Source of the DNA: Podarcis bocagei | Taxonomy: Eukaryota | Direction: 5' to 3' (one strand) | NCBI GenBank assembly: GCA_964188305.1 | Contig: OZ076888.1 | Length of the DNA: 64,000 nucleotides | In this document: positions 36,820-50,568 of the stretch, in pieces | Layout of the letters: every line of letters begins with the position of its first letter | Position numbering within the stretch: position 1 is the first letter of the stretch | Position numbers and translations under genes: made by a program | Notes under the pieces: generated by a model | What the model saw: only the letters and a program-made list of their open reading frames with translations | The model's database searches: none | Told to the model about the DNA's origin: nothing

Positions 36820-37632
36820 GAAGGCACATCAAGAGATATGAAAGCAAAAACAGCCATACATTGATAGATCATATCACATAAATAAATTCCCAAAGGCTCT
36901 ATGTGTCACAAGCCAGTACAAATTACAAAATACTGCAACCTTTGAATACGTCATACAAAAGGTCATCAGCAGTCAGATAATAAAATTCAGCCATTGCCTG
37001 GGATCATATATTGGTTGTTTTCATATCTTGTTCCAAATTTCTAAGGTCAGCTGGAGGTTGGTAAATTAACCCATTTTTAAAAGAAATCTTAAGTCATAGC
37101 CTCCAACTCTTCCTACTGCTAGATAGCAGGAAGAAAAATCAGAATTAATGCAAGTCACAAATAATGAAACTTTGGGTAACTTCCAAACTATAAGGCACCC
37201 CAAAATAGAATCTAATAATATCAGCTATGATAATAGAAATGATATAAGCTGACATTATCTTTTGAAGAATGTATAAGCGAAATGTATACTGCATATAACA
37301 ATTACAGAAATGTATTTTTTATCACAAAAATGTGTTTTTTTTATTTCCATCCCAACAGTTATATGAATCGATAATCTTATTTTTGTTGAACAAGGCTGAA
37401 ATTCTTCACCCACTTACCTAAGAGTAAGCATCACTTAACTCAGTGGAACTTACTGTGTATAGGATTATGCTGTAGAAGATTTTTCAAAATCCATATTATA
37501 TATATAGTTTCTGCTTAGTGTTGAAAAGAAAATAAGGTCAGTAACATCTAAGCCTCTTTGGAAACAAAGTTCCAAAATGGATGCCAAAACCATTTGCCAC
37601 CCACCATACTTCAGATGGCTAGCAGACATGTG

Positions 37633-37955
37633 CAGTGGTGCCTCGGTTTTCGAACAGCTTAGCTCACAAACAACTTTGAATCCAAATGCTGCAAAACTGG
37701 AAGCAGGTGTTCTGGTTTTCGAACTTTTTTCGGAATGTGCTCCATTTTGAGTCCCCCTATGTTTCCTGTTGCGCTGCTAATTCCCCCCCCCCCCATTGTA
37801 ATTCAAGCAAGCCTTCCATTTCAGATTGCAGTGTTCTAAGGTGATATTTGGAGTTTATATTTGGTGCTTTTGTTTTTGCTATTTGTTTTGTGTTTTTTTG
37901 TTTTGAAGCTTTTTCAGTTAATTTGTTTTTGTGACTGTGTGGATCCCAGTTCAGG

Positions 37956-37990
<35 letters not shown>

Positions 37991-38317
37991 GTGACTGCAT
38001 AAATGGATAAAAGCCCCCCATCCAAACAATGACTATCATCAATGCAAGTAAGATTATTATTATTTTTAATTTTTATAATCTACAATACTATTCTATAGTA
38101 CAGTACATGATTTATTGCTTTCATTTTATGGACCAGTGGTCTCGTTAGATAGTAAAATTCATGTTAAATTGCTGTTTTAGGAGTTGTTTTTAAAAGTCTG
38201 GAACAGATTAATCTGTTTCGCATTACTTTCTATGGGAAAGCACGCCTTGGTTTTGGAACGCTTTGGTTTTGAACAGACTTCTGGAATGGATTAAGTTTGA
38301 GAACCAAGGTACCACTG
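37633..38317. mobile_element. Tigger/pogo-like non-autonomous element (685 bp) with internal (GATT)n
   Basis: TIRs cagtggtgcctcggttttcgaac / gtttgagaaccaaggtaccactg; TA on the right flank, TG on the left. Confidence 0.85.
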
Positions 38318-40334
38318 TAGCCCTCTGGTCTCCACCAACATGTTCAATAGAAGGTCTGCAAGTAAAGTCTTCTATGCAACCAGAAGCCCACATTGTGCAG
38401 AGTCCCCAATTGTATATGTATATGCACAGAGGCCCTTTTTGGACCATCCACTGAGCATGCCAATGTTGTCTGCTAGTTTCTGAGACCTGCTGGGCAACAT
38501 GCCCTCTCTGCCCCTCCCCTTCTTTCACTGAGTCTGTCTCCACATCATTATTAATGATGATGGTCCTCCTGTTCTTCTTCAACACTACTGCCACCTGCTT
38601 GGTTATAAGGCAGAGAGCCAAAAAGCATCAACTGCCCCTCCTTCTCATCACCACCATTTCCTGGACCTGAGTGAGACACACAGAGTGAGGCAGGCAGATT
38701 GGAATGATAAAGAGGAAAGGCATGGCCAGGGGGGCTTTTTCCAGGGAACCCCTTGCTGGGCTTTGGGCCCTCATGCCCACCGATGCTGGCTTTTGATGCC
38801 AGCCCTGGAACCACCAAGCATTACTCTGTTCCCCACCCACCCAACACACATTCAGTTTACAAGTTGTGGAGAAGGTCTGAAAAAGACTGCTGAAGTTAAG
38901 AAGCAATGTGTGCCTAAGGCCTCTTACAGAATTGGTTGCTGAGATGAAGATTTGAGTTAGAAATCTAGCTGCTATTGAACATCTGCTCTCAAATGGAATA
39001 GTAAGAGTCTCCTCAACTCCTAGTACTCAGGAGTAAAATCCAGGAAGTATGAAGTTCCAGGAAGTGTGTTCCGCTGATTGTCTCAGTTCCATTTGGGACA
39101 TGTCTCCACCGGGTGTTTACTGCAGGCCAGCATTGATTCCAGGTATCTGTAACACACATCTACCCTACATCAATATTTACATGATCTGTGCCTCTGATGC
39201 ATGAGAAGCTATGTAAACAACAGTCTCATCTTCCTCACCCCAAGGGAACCAATTCAGAAACAGAAATGTTTCTTCTTGGGTCTGTTTTTGTGATAACACA
39301 GGTGGACCACTTCCCCTACCCTACCCTACCCTACCCTACCTCACCCCACTCCACCCCCTTAAGCCAGCAAAATAGAAAGGTCACAAATGCATTTTATTTT
39401 TTACAAAACTGGACTCTTTTTGATGGTATGGCTAATATCATCTTTGCTGCACCAACTATTTGTTCTGCTCTCTTCTCTAAGCAGCCAATATCTGAGGATG
39501 CAGGAACAGAGACAGCGGGTGAGGGAGAATGAAAACAGCCCTCTCCCGAGAGTCAGATGCAATCACCCATTTGTCACAGCGAGTTGCCCGCTGTCTGTGT
39601 CAGGGAACAATCTGACGAAGTGCGCTAGATGAAATTTTGCTGGCTTCTGTCTTTAGATAAGGACGCTATCACTGACTCAACATATTTTATGTATAACATA
39701 CCAGCTGCAAAGAGCACTCAGGCATCAGGCTTGTTTAAATATAGTTGATGGTATCTGAAAAACCAGTTAACATGTCTCGGCTCAACGCAGGACATTTTTA
39801 CGTCCAATCACCATACTATGGAGGCCACCGTGCCTCTCCTTAGCATCCTCGCCACACAAGCCTGCCCACTAACCCAGAGCATGGAGTCTTAAAAGGGTCT
39901 AGGGAGGAATAAACTCTCTCCAATGTGCAAAAACACAGAAAGCCTTTCCTGGGTTTAAGGTAAGACATATGGAAGAGTGTGCACATTTTTGGATTAGCCG
40001 TACAAAACAAAAAAAACTCATGGGAGGTGGATGTATTTTTTCACCTTTTTATTGAACAAATAGATTTGAGTGTGCCTCCTTGATAAGAGTTTGAAAATTC
40101 TCCCTTCATGAGGTTATCCACTCCTTTTCCACCCTACACATGCCCCAGGTAAATGAAGAAAGAAATGTTGGTTATGATCTTGGTGTATGCCCATCCACAA
40201 GATATTGGGGAGGTGTGGATACATTCCTCCCTCCATTACTGGGACTGCCTACATTGGTTTTCATCTGTTTAGAATGAAACCAGCACTTTTCATGGACAAA
40301 AAACCCTACACAATAGTTCTAGACTGTGTATGGA

Positions 40335-40336
<2 letters not shown>

Positions 40337-40380
<44 letters not shown>
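40337..40380. repeat. (CA)n microsatellite
   Basis: Visible directly. Confidence 0.95.
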
Positions 40381-40382
<2 letters not shown>

Positions 40383-40780
40383 CAACCCCAAGTACTTGGT
40401 CTCCATTGATTCTAGAACACAGTTCCACCTCAGTGAACTAGGTGAAATCCATAATGCCAGGAATTTCTACTTACAAGTATTACATTATATTTTCTTCTTC
40501 TTCTTTCCATCTTTCCTGGAAAAGTCTGGAAAAGTGCTTGGTCCATGCTACCTTCCCATCCCTTTCTTTATTGATGATGAATGCATCAGCATTAATAAAA
40601 CCATGTACACTGCTGCTCTGAAGAAGGGAAGGATATCCATGTAATAAATAAAATAATAAACACACATTAGACTTGCCACAGAAATTCAGGCTGAATGTTG
40701 TGGATCTATACAGTGCTAAATTTTCCTCTGAATATTTTGGCAGTTAATCCATATAATCGGTCAAAACTTGCCTGGCTGCA

Positions 40781-40990
40781 TTTTATTTATAGATTACATT
40801 TATATTCCTCCTTTCTTCCAAGGAGTTCAAGGTAGTGTATATGGCTCTCCCGCCACCCCAATCCTACATATCTTTTTGTAGGGTTAGGCTGAGAGATGGT
40901 GACTGGCCCAAGGTCACCCAGTGAGCTCCACGGCTATGTACAGATATGAACCTGGGTCCTTTCTGCCCGAGTCTGACAGTCTTACCGCAC
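40781..40990 (-). mobile_element. MIR-like CORE-SINE
   Basis: Core motif aggctgagagatggtgactggcccaaggtcacccagtgagc with L2-type tail. Confidence 0.75.
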
Positions 40991-41566
40991 TCATTTGATC
41001 CTTTATATGGCCTTCTTGCAAGCCCTTGACTCATTCAAACCCAAACCCAGTGACAACAGATATGAAAATGAGGAGGAGGTGTCAGCATTTCACTCCTCCA
41101 TTGCTGGATGTGATTGTTACATCACATGTCAGTGTTTCCTTTCTAGGCTTGGAAAGTGTGAGAATGGAAGTCAGTCTTATCTCTCTTCTGCTGTACTGTA
41201 CTTTTGTACTTTTCTTTCTCTCTTTCTCTTGGAGAAGAAGTGAGAGAACGCCATGATTGCTTTGTCCTGTACAGTATATATTGCTTAATAAATCACTTAG
41301 AATGCTACACTCATGCTCCACGATCATTTCTGCTATACTCTGCTGATAGTGTGTGCACATGTCTTTAGATACGTGTCGCTGGTGCGCACCAGGACTGATT
41401 TGTGAACGTCCCAGGCTGTGCTTCATCAGGAAGATACCCAGAGAGGTCTGTCTCATTCTGGGGGCTGCGTGTGCCCCCCCTCCAGGCATGTTCCGACAGG
41501 AGGTGATATTGGCTTGGAGAATGAAGCTGTATCAGATGGTTGCACCGCTTTTCGAAACCACTGAGG

Positions 41567-41567
<1 letters not shown>

Positions 41568-41622
<55 letters not shown>

Positions 41623-41772
41623 TTTATTTATACCCCACCCATCTGGCTGGGTTGCCCTAGCCAAACATGTATAAAAACATCATACATCAAACATTAAAAA
41701 CCTTCCAATACAGGGCTGCTTTCAGATGTCTTCTGAAAGTTGTGTAGTTATTTATCTCCTTGACATCAGATG
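41568..41772 (-). mobile_element. L2 LINE 3' end with (AAT)n tail
   Basis: (AAT)n + tttatttataccccaccc...cagggctgctttcagatgtcttctgaaag. Confidence 0.75.
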
Positions 41773-42337
41773 TACTTGACAGGTGCATTGTATGGAGTTT
41801 AATGATCAAATTAGGAAATCAACCTTGCAATTTCCACCTACATATATTATACTGAAAGTGTGTTGGTGGCAATCAGATGATCCATCTCTGCATCTGAATT
41901 AGCCGCTAGACAAGGAACTACAATTTTAGGATGACAAGGGGCTTCTCCATATGCGTCTCCCATTAACTGCGGGTTTCATAGCTGTTTCCCCACCCACCCA
42001 CACTGCAGTAAACACCCAGATTGGTCAGTGGTCCCCTCTGGAAGCTATAATCTCCCACTCCTATTTATTTTATTAATTTATTTTAAAGGCTCAGATACAA
42101 GTGTAGCTGTTTGTCCCTCACGTGTAGTAGTGAAATGAGACCATGCTATCACCAGTGATGCCGAAACCACTCGTGATACCATGGACACAAGCAAAAAAGT
42201 GCCTTCAACACTATTATGCAGCACAACTGGTTGCACTGTTTTATAAGATTCTGCTTGAACTAGTGCTACTAAACCTAGAAGAAAACTTTTTTTTTTTTTT
42301 TTTGCCCGGCACATTGGTAGGAGTGCATTTGTGTCTA

Positions 42338-42341
<4 letters not shown>

Positions 42342-42383
<42 letters not shown>
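42342..42383. repeat. (GA)n microsatellite
   Basis: Visible directly. Confidence 0.95.
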
Positions 42384-42387
<4 letters not shown>

Positions 42388-42751
42388 ATACCACAGCTGA
42401 AGATTTCACAGTTCTGCCTTGGATCTCTATGTGCAATCACCTGCACATCGTACGCATTCTCCACAACAATCCTAACAGCAATCAATGGGGAGAGGCGCAA
42501 GAATTCATACCCACAGGGAGAAAATACTGTTGTCTGAAGACTGGGAAAATATGCTACATTCAGCATAACTGTATAATGTTGAAGGAATATATGTGTGGAC
42601 TGTGGATAGCAATGGGGGATAAAATGCTGAATCAGTGGCCTCTTCTTGCATTATGAGCATTATCTAACCAAAGAGAGACAGGTTCTCCAAACTAACCTTC
42701 AGCTCAGTCTTAAACTGACAACCAGGAAGGACCCACAGAGATAGTGTGTAA

Positions 42752-42870
42752 TAAGGATAGGGAACCTGTGTCCCTCCAGAGGTTCTTGACCTGCATGCAG
42801 CACCTATCATCCCCAACCACTGGCCATGTTGGCTAAGAGAGATGGGAGGGTTCCTGGTTCCCCAACCCTG
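42752..42870. mobile_element. Short hAT-like MITE
   Basis: TIR-like ggatagggaacc / ggttccccaaccctg; related degenerate copies near 31790 and 63775. Confidence 0.6.
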
Positions 42871-42872
42871 CC

Positions 42873-42874
<2 letters not shown>

Positions 42875-42919
<45 letters not shown>

Positions 42920-43390
42920 TTTTATTTATACCCCGCCCTCCCCAGCCAAGGCCGGGCTCAGGGCGGCTAACAAGCAATAATAAAAACAAGTTGAATGATG
43001 ACAACTTAAAAACAAAATTAAAATACAACATTAAAATATTGAAACATTAAAATATTAAAATGTAGCCTCCTCGCAGGAGGAGAAGGAAAAGAAAACAGAA
43101 AGGGAGGGAGGGAATCAAATTGGCTCCAAGCCAAAGGCCAGGTGGAACAACTCTGTCTTACAGGCCCTGCGCAAAGAAATCAGATCCTGCAGGGCCCTGG
43201 TCTCATGAGGCAGGGCGTTCCACCAGGCCTGGCTCTGGCCCTGGCTCTGGTTGAAGCCAATCTAACCTCCTTAGGGCTTGGGACCACTAGGGTGTTGCTA
43301 TTTATGGACCTTGAGGCTCTCTATGGAGCATACCAGGAGAGGCGGTCCCGTAGGTACAAGGGTCCTAGGCCGTGAAGGGCTTTAAAGGTC
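42875..43390 (-). mobile_element. Young L2 LINE 3' end
   Basis: (AAT)n tail, 3' UTR and ORF2 C-terminus; closely similar inverted copy at 50028-50623. Confidence 0.92.
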
Positions 43391-43659
43391 CTTTAGAGAG
43401 AGTCAAGTGAAAAGCTGGCTGTTTTCTCTTTGGACTCTCTGTCTCTTTGGACTCTCTCTCTCTTTGGACTGCATCCAGTCCAGAGCCTCCCACCTGGTAG
43501 GGCTATTTAACTCCCATCCCATTGGCAGTCTGTGAGCTCTTCTTTCTCCTTTTCAGCCTTTGCTCCCACACATCCGAACACAATCACTGTACTTTTGAAT
43601 GAGAGAAAACAGTCCATTGCTTATACCAAAGGGTGACAGAGAGGGACTAAGGCCAGAGT

Positions 43660-43930
43660 CATGCCATACATTTAAAGCACTGTGATACCAATTTAAACAG
43701 TTGTGGCTTTCCTCAAAGAACTCTGGGAGCTGCAGTTGGTTACGGGTTCTGAGAGCTGTGAGGAGACCTCTAGTCCCTTCCCTACAATCCCAGAGCTTCC
43801 AGCATAGCTGTCAACTTTTCCCTTTTTTTAAGGGAAATCCTATTCAGAATAAGGGAATTCCCCTTTAAAAAAGGGAAACGTTGACAGCTTAGACTTCTAG
43901 TTAAGAGGAATTGATAGTTAAACCCTCTGA
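43660..43930 (+). repeat. Unclassified interspersed repeat
   Basis: catacatttaaagcactgtgatacca...aaagaactctgggagctgcagtt matches the 26105 copy in reverse orientation. Confidence 0.6.
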
Positions 43931-44013
43931 GAAAGCCACCAACCGACACTATGAACAACCCCATAGAGTCTTATAGGACCATCTCTTTCATCTGCTTTCA
44001 AGCAGCTTACTTA

Positions 44014-44175
44014 CACACATGAAGAGACTGTTAGATCAGGCCAGTGGTCCATCTCGTTCAGCATCCTGTTCTCACAGTGGCCAACCAGATTACTGTTGGA
44101 AACCCACAAGCAGAGCCCAAGCAGGAGAGCGCTATCCCTTGCTAGTATGCAGAAGCATTAGTGCCTCTGACCATT
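44014..44175 (-). mobile_element. CR1 LINE 3' end fragment
   Basis: gatcaggccagtggtccatct.gttcagcatcctgttctcacagtggccaaccagat matches my recall of squamate CR1 3' termini. Confidence 0.65.
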
Positions 44176-44234
44176 TTGGATCCAGGTGCTAGTGTTGAGC
44201 CCAGCAGAAAGCCTTTGCATCTATGCTTCAGGAG

Positions 44235-44586
44235 GGAGCAGGGCAAAATCTCTTCAGTTTGCTAACCTACTTAATTCATACTTCTCAGACTAATAAGCGA
44301 ATGGAAACACAGCAATCCTTTGAAGTTGGCACTTCTCTGAATTTTGCGATGGAATTCTCCAGCCAAAGTATGCACCAAAATACCTGTCTACATCTGTGAA
44401 AAGACGTAGAAAATTTCATTGCATTATGGTAGTTTGCAAAAAAAAGAAAATATATATGATGAGAAATGAGCACAGAAATGCATATTTTTTTAAAAAATTC
44501 AAATTGATGACAATAGGAGGCAAACTAAATTTAACAAAAAATGAGAAACTGAGAGAAGAGAAAACTGGCAGATTCGTCCATCCCTG
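44235..44586 (+). mobile_element. Copy of the TAGGGATG repeat family (internally deleted)
   Basis: ggaaacacagcaatcctttgaagttggcacttctctgaattttgcgatg...gattcgtccatccctg. Confidence 0.65.
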
Positions 44587-45509
44587 TGCTTAAATCCTTC
44601 ATTATTTCTTTAATGAAAGTGGTATTCTTTGCAACAAAAGCACACCAATATTTAAAGTGCAACTCTCTGCTTTGCCAGGGCCAGCTCTGTTATGCCAGGA
44701 AGGGAGGTGTGCGTGAGAGGAAGGGGGGGTGAGAGGGGAGATGGATCCTTTTGTAAAGATCAGCAGTTCTGTGTGCTTTTATCCCAGGCAAAGATTACAT
44801 TTCACTCCCAGGGGCCTCTGCTGCCTCAGATCCTTTTCAGACTCAATCGCTGTGGCACAGCAGATAGTTTTGGGTGTCCTTTCTTTTTTCTTTTCTTGAC
44901 AGTATTAAATATATACCCTAGTGAGCCATAAATCAGTGGTTTATCAGAGAATACATCATATCTGTAATAAGGGACCACTTCTTTTTAATTGGACAGTGCA
45001 TTAAATTAAACAGATATACTTTCTCAAAGAATACAAAAATGTGTCAGCTAGACTTCTTTAATGAATTTTAATTTTAAACCACCATTTCTTTGGAAGAAAG
45101 GCTTTCCCCACCACCACTGTCCAGCAAAAATTATATTCTGATTGGGTGATTTGCTGACTTTTGTAGTTTATTGTACTCCTGCTGCTTTATCGTTCACTCC
45201 TTCAGTTACACAGCTAGCCTTTTCTCTAGCTTGAATCAATTTCCGTGCAAATGGGTCTCTTTATGTATAAATATTTCAGTGGCCAGGCATATGTGTTCAT
45301 GTGGAATGGGAATATTTGTGGCTAGGTATGCAAGTATGTACACAATCAGGAACGTACAAAGTGTATGTAAAAGTTCCATAATCCACACAGAAAAGATCAA
45401 TCTCTGCTAGTGATTTGGCAATCCTTGACTACACACTTTTTAATGTATTCCAAAACATCATTAATATAGAAATTTCAACTGGCAAAGTGCTCTTTAGCCT
45501 CTGTCATTT

Positions 45510-45638
45510 CATCTTATCCTAGCCCTGTGAGATAATGATTTCTCCCCCATTTCGTCAATTGAGGTGAAAGAACTAAGGCTGTGCATTGTGCGTGGCTCAC
45601 AACACAAACCCACAGCTGAGCAACATTTGGACCCAGGG
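45510..45638 (-). mobile_element. Ancient MIR core fragment
   Basis: ccctgtgagata...tccccatttc...gaactaaggct resembles the MIR core. Confidence 0.45.
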
Positions 45639-46030
45639 TTAGGGATGGGGCAGAAATTTGATTCAATTCACATTTTTAAAGTGAACCTACCTAGTTCACA
45701 CTTTACAAAACAGTACACAAACCGAAACACAACCGTCCTTTGAAAATCGCCCTTCTCCGAATTTTGCAATGCAGCTGTCCGGTCAAGAAATGTGTACAAA
45801 AATGTACCTGCTAGGATAAGGTGTGCATAAAAATGCAAATATTAGCAGAAATAACATACAGAAATGCATTGTGTTAGGGGAAATTGCTTTGAAGAAAATG
45901 TGTATATTAGGCAAAAATTGCATGCAAATGTGTAAATTAGGAGAAAAGTAGACTAAAATGCTGATTAGTTTTCAGGAGGACTTTAAAAAAAATACAAATC
46001 ACTGAATGATGCAGCAGTGTAGATCCAAAC
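45639..46030 (+). mobile_element. Copy of the TAGGGATG repeat family
   Basis: Starts tagggatggggcagaaatttgattc and is colinear with the 10378 copy. Confidence 0.75.
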
Positions 46031-46300
46031 TCAGGGGTCTCTTAGATTCAAGTCCAATATTATGGTGTTCTGCACTGGCCTGATTCAGTCATACAGACAA
46101 ACTATGATTTCTTGTATGAGAATGAGCATATATGACGCTTGGACTTAAGTGCCTCCTCCTCCTCTCCTTCATACACAAGAAGACAAGGTTGGAAGCTTCC
46201 AGTTGTGACAAACCAGTTTCCCATTTTATCTGGATACAGGAAACTAAGGTTTGTGGAAACAATAATGAGTTAAGAAGCTAGCATAGCAAACTGTAGCTTG

Positions 46301-46550
46301 AAGAAGAAGAAGAGTTTGGATTTGATATCCTGCCTTTCACTCTCTTTAAGGAGTCTCAAAGCGGCTAACATTCTCCTTTCCCTTCCTCCCCCACAACAAA
46401 CACTCTGTGAGGTGAGTGGGGCTGAGAGGCTTCAAAGAAGTGTGACTGGCCCAAGGTCACCCAGCAGCTGCATGTGGAGGAGCGGAGACGCGAACCCTGT
46501 TCCCCAGATTACGAGACTACCGCTCTTAACCACTACACCACACTGGCTCT
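46301..46550 (-). mobile_element. tRNA-headed CORE-SINE (Squam2-like)
   Basis: On the minus strand: head agagccagtgtggtgtagtggttaagagc, box B ggttcgcgtct, CORE motif, (TTC)n tail. Confidence 0.85.
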
Positions 46551-47418
46551 CTTAACCACTACACCACACTTGATTCTTCTTTGATACAAAGGTTTGTAAT
46601 AAGTGGGTCTTTGGCCTGTCTTATGCTCTTGTTTAGTTATTATGGTGAACCCTGTTAATAGACTTGTTCCATTTTCATGCCTTGGATCAGTCATTAAGTG
46701 TGACTGTTCTCCTGCCCCTTCTCCAAAACCAAAGCTTCAGGGATCAGTTGTGTCAAATTTATGGGGTGTGGGGAATGTAGAAGGCCTCCTGAAGGGGAGC
46801 TGTATTGATCAGCTGCAGCTGAACTCAATGGAAAGTATAGTGGGTAGCCATATTGCATGCACACACACACGGATGCCCAACTCCCATATCAAATAAAAGA
46901 AGAAGAAGAAGACAAAAGAGAGGGCAGATTTGCAGGAAAAATCCATATACATATTATTATATGTATACATGCAAATATAGAAATAATTCCTATTCGTTGA
47001 AATAAAAATAATAACACATCTCTCCATAAGACTGTGACCAGGTGATCTGCGTCCCTGCTTAGTTTGCTCCTGGTTCTTTTTCCTTGAGCTAGACTCTGTT
47101 CCTTCAGACAGAGGGGCCTCCCAATTACATCAGCACCATAGCTACAGGGAGGCCTCAGTTCTTCACCCACCTTGCCAGCCAGCTAGCTGCCAATCTTCAG
47201 AGAGTACTCTCTTGAGGGTTGCTAACACTGCAACATTTCAAACAGCCACACATCTCTTTTCTGTCAGATGTCACACCCACAATGGGCACAGATATTCAAC
47301 ATGGACTTCCTCCAAACCCATCACCTGAGGTGGCACCAGGCTGCTGCTTGTGGGCTGCTTCTCATGCAATATTTTAAACACAAAGAAACAAGTTTCTAAA
47401 TTACAGCTGTCTGTTGAA

Positions 47419-47712
47419 AGGGGAAGGGTCATGGCTCAGTGTTAAGAGTATGTGCTTTACACAGTGCTTTTTTTCTGGGGCAGCGCAAGGGTACGCATAC
47501 CCCTAAACATTTTGTGAATCTAAGTTTGGCCTCATTGAGGGACAGTATTTCAATATGAGTAAGATAATGAGAGTACCTCTAAACATTTTTTTAGGAGGAA
47601 AAAAAGCACTGGCTTTACATGAAAAAGGTCCCAATCCCTGGCATTTCCTGGACAGGCTAGATGGACCAGTGGTCTGGCACAATATTAAGCAGCTTCCTAT
47701 ATTCCTATGTTT
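47419..47712 (+). mobile_element. Squam3-like SINE interrupted by a hAT MITE
   Basis: Head tggctcagtgttaagagtatgtgctttaca resumes as tgaaaaaggtcccaatccctggca after 47619; 3' end gcagcttcctatattcc. Confidence 0.8.
47462..47611. mobile_element. 150-bp hAT MITE
   Basis: Perfect 13-bp TIR cagtgcttttttt / aaaaaaagcactg; 8-bp TSD gctttaca (47454-47461, 47612-47619). Confidence 0.93.
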
Positions 47713-50027
47713 ATAAAGATAGATGCATATCTAACCTAAGATTAATATTACATGCAATAAATTGGGAGGAAAGGCTTGTGATTGCTCAACCATCTACGCA
47801 AGCCCTCTCTGTGAGGTACCTTTATATATTCCATTTTCATATTATATTTGTGTCTCTCTTCAGGTAATACAGGGATCCACAAAACACACGCTTGGCTTTA
47901 GTATGCAATGGCCCTGATTTCTGAATATTCAGTCATAGTCAACGGGAATCTATTATTTATTTATTTTGTTATTATTCTTACTACTATTATTTTAAAAGAG
48001 CACATTCCTTAATATTCCTGATTACACCACAGGTATCTTGCAAAGCTTCACCTTACAATTTACATTGGCAGTTAAAATTACACTGGAGCTGTGTCAGATT
48101 GCAAATGCATACATCTGCTGACGTCACCCCTGGGTCCCCTTCAGTATTAGAGTTTTCAGCCTTTCCATCTCACAGTCAATGTATGTCTTTTGGGATTATT
48201 TCCTTCTGTTCTCAGTGGCAATTTCCCAAGCAAAATCTCATTTGATTGTGTTCAGTCTCTGCTTCTAATCTTTCCTATTCCCTATGGATGATTTATCGCG
48301 CCTGACTGGTACTGCCCTTGGTGACGGAAGCTGATAACTGTTGATTTGCTTCAAGAAAGGGTGGCATTTTTGTATGTGTGTACGGAGGACTGTGTATGCA
48401 CACATTTCCATTTGTTTTATGTATGTATTTATGTATTTATTGAATTTCTGTGCCACCTCTCTGCCCTCATACTGGCTCACACCAAATTGATATGATTTAC
48501 AATTAATAGAACAAGTTGTACATGGAATAAGTGGAGCTGGGTAGGTCACTTTCAGCCTGGAGAGGCCATAATAAATGGCTTGGCTCAGAACAGATGATGC
48601 AAAATAGAATTTATTCAACAAGCAGGTAACCTAGCACATTTCCAAGTTTATGCTCTGGGGGGATTTAGGAAAAAGAAAAGAAAACTAAGAATACATGTCT
48701 GTGTAATTCCTGCAAACATTCCTGGAAATGCATTGGGTTTTCTGTGTTTTGACTGATCTTATTTTGCACTGATAGATTCTGCATGTTGGCTGCAGGCAAC
48801 ACACAACACCCTCCTGATTTACTAATTTGTAAATGGCACCATTTACTTTAATGCCTCTAACCAAAGCTTGCATTAAACTGAGCCAACTCTGAATTTATCT
48901 GTCAGCCAGTCCTTGGAGCAGGTTTTTTTTATTTGTTGTCACCAGTCATCTTCCTTTTTGTTTTCATAAGTGATCCAAATGTGTTGTGCAGTCCAGTGTG
49001 GGCAAACAAAGTAGGATAAAAGGTTTCCACAAACTGCCTCAGAATGAACATGATGAACAGGCAGATCTCTGAATCAGGATGAGAACCAGTTGCACAAACC
49101 ATAGTCCAATGGACAAACCTGACTTCTGGATCTGATAGGGTTCTCCTGCAATACTAGCCCCAACAGGTGCAATGGTAAATGCATTGAACATAACTTTTGA
49201 GTGGGGACTACAAGGATGGGAGGAAAGAAATCACTGGAAAGGCAAGGGAAGGGAAAGCAGCATAACACTATTTCCCCTTCTTTTTATGAAGAAGGAACCT
49301 GACCACCTGGCTACTCATATGGTCAAGAAGGCAAGCAGTAAGCTTTCATTCAATTATGAGATGGAATGATGAGGTATCAAGGCTGGTTCTGCCATTGTGT
49401 AGACTGAGGCAATCAACTCTCAGGTGGCACATGGTACTTGGACTCTCAGCTCGATTATTCCTGAAGGCTTTGTTCCAAAAATGGCTTTAAAAACATGGCT
49501 TAATCAGGTTACAGAACACACAGTTCAGCAGTTCAGTGCAGAACTCTGTAGTACATGGTGAGGCACAAGGCAAGCCCATGAACATCTTAACAACTAACAT
49601 GCCTCCTTTGCCCTACTTTTGAAGAGCAGGGTGGGCTCTAATATTTGCATGTTTAAGGTCCTGAGCAATGGGGACAGGGAAAACAAGTAGGCACTCCTGT
49701 GAGCAGGCTGGGTCTGTTCACGCCAGTACATCCAATGGTGCATCTTTGGAGATGGAGGCAGGTCTGTCCAGCCAGTGAAATGTCCACTCCAGGCTCAGGG
49801 AACTCCCCAGTAGCTGTGGAGATCATATTAGTAGGATGTGGGGCAGTGGCTGTTTCAGGCAGTTCTTCCTCCTCTGCTGGAATGTTGGGTACCAGTGAGG
49901 CAGAGATGCCTCTGGATGGGCCACTCAACCCCTCCCCAGCATCAAGCACAGTACTCTCGTCATGCCATTCCTCCTCCCACTATGACCAGTTCTGCCAAGA
50001 AGTCTCCACAGGGTTCATAACAACAGT

Positions 50028-50568
50028 AGCAGCTGCACTGGCTCCCGGGGGAGTACAGGGTCAGATTTAAGGTGCTGCTTTTGACCTTTAAAGCCCTTCA
50101 TGGCCTAGGACCCTCGTACCTACGGAACCGCCTCTCCTGGTATGCCCCACGGAGAGCCTCAAGGTCCATAAATAACAACACCCTAGTGGTCCCAGGCCCT
50201 AAGGAAGTTAGATTGGCTTCAACCAGAGCCAGGGCCTTTTCAGCACTGGCCCCAACTTGGTGGAACGCTCTGTCTCATGAGACCAGGGCCCTGCAGGATC
50301 TGATCTCTTTCCGCAGGGCCTGTAAGACAGAGTTGTTCCGCCTGGCCTTTGGCTTGGAGCCAGTTTGATTCCCTCCCTCCCTCTCTTTCTTTTTTCTTTT
50401 CCTTCTCCTCCTGCGTTGAGGCTACATTTTAATATTTTAATGTTCCATTATTTTAATGTTGTATTTTATTTTTGTTTTTAAGTTGTAATCATTCATCTTG
50501 TTTTTATTATTGCTTGTAAGCCACTCTGAGCCTGGCCTTGGCTGGGGAGGGCGGGGTATAAATTAAAA

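Noticed and set aside
50072-50368. 98-aa ORF, and the 91-aa ORF at 57840-58115, as host genes
   Set aside because: They are L2 ORF2 and BovB fragments.
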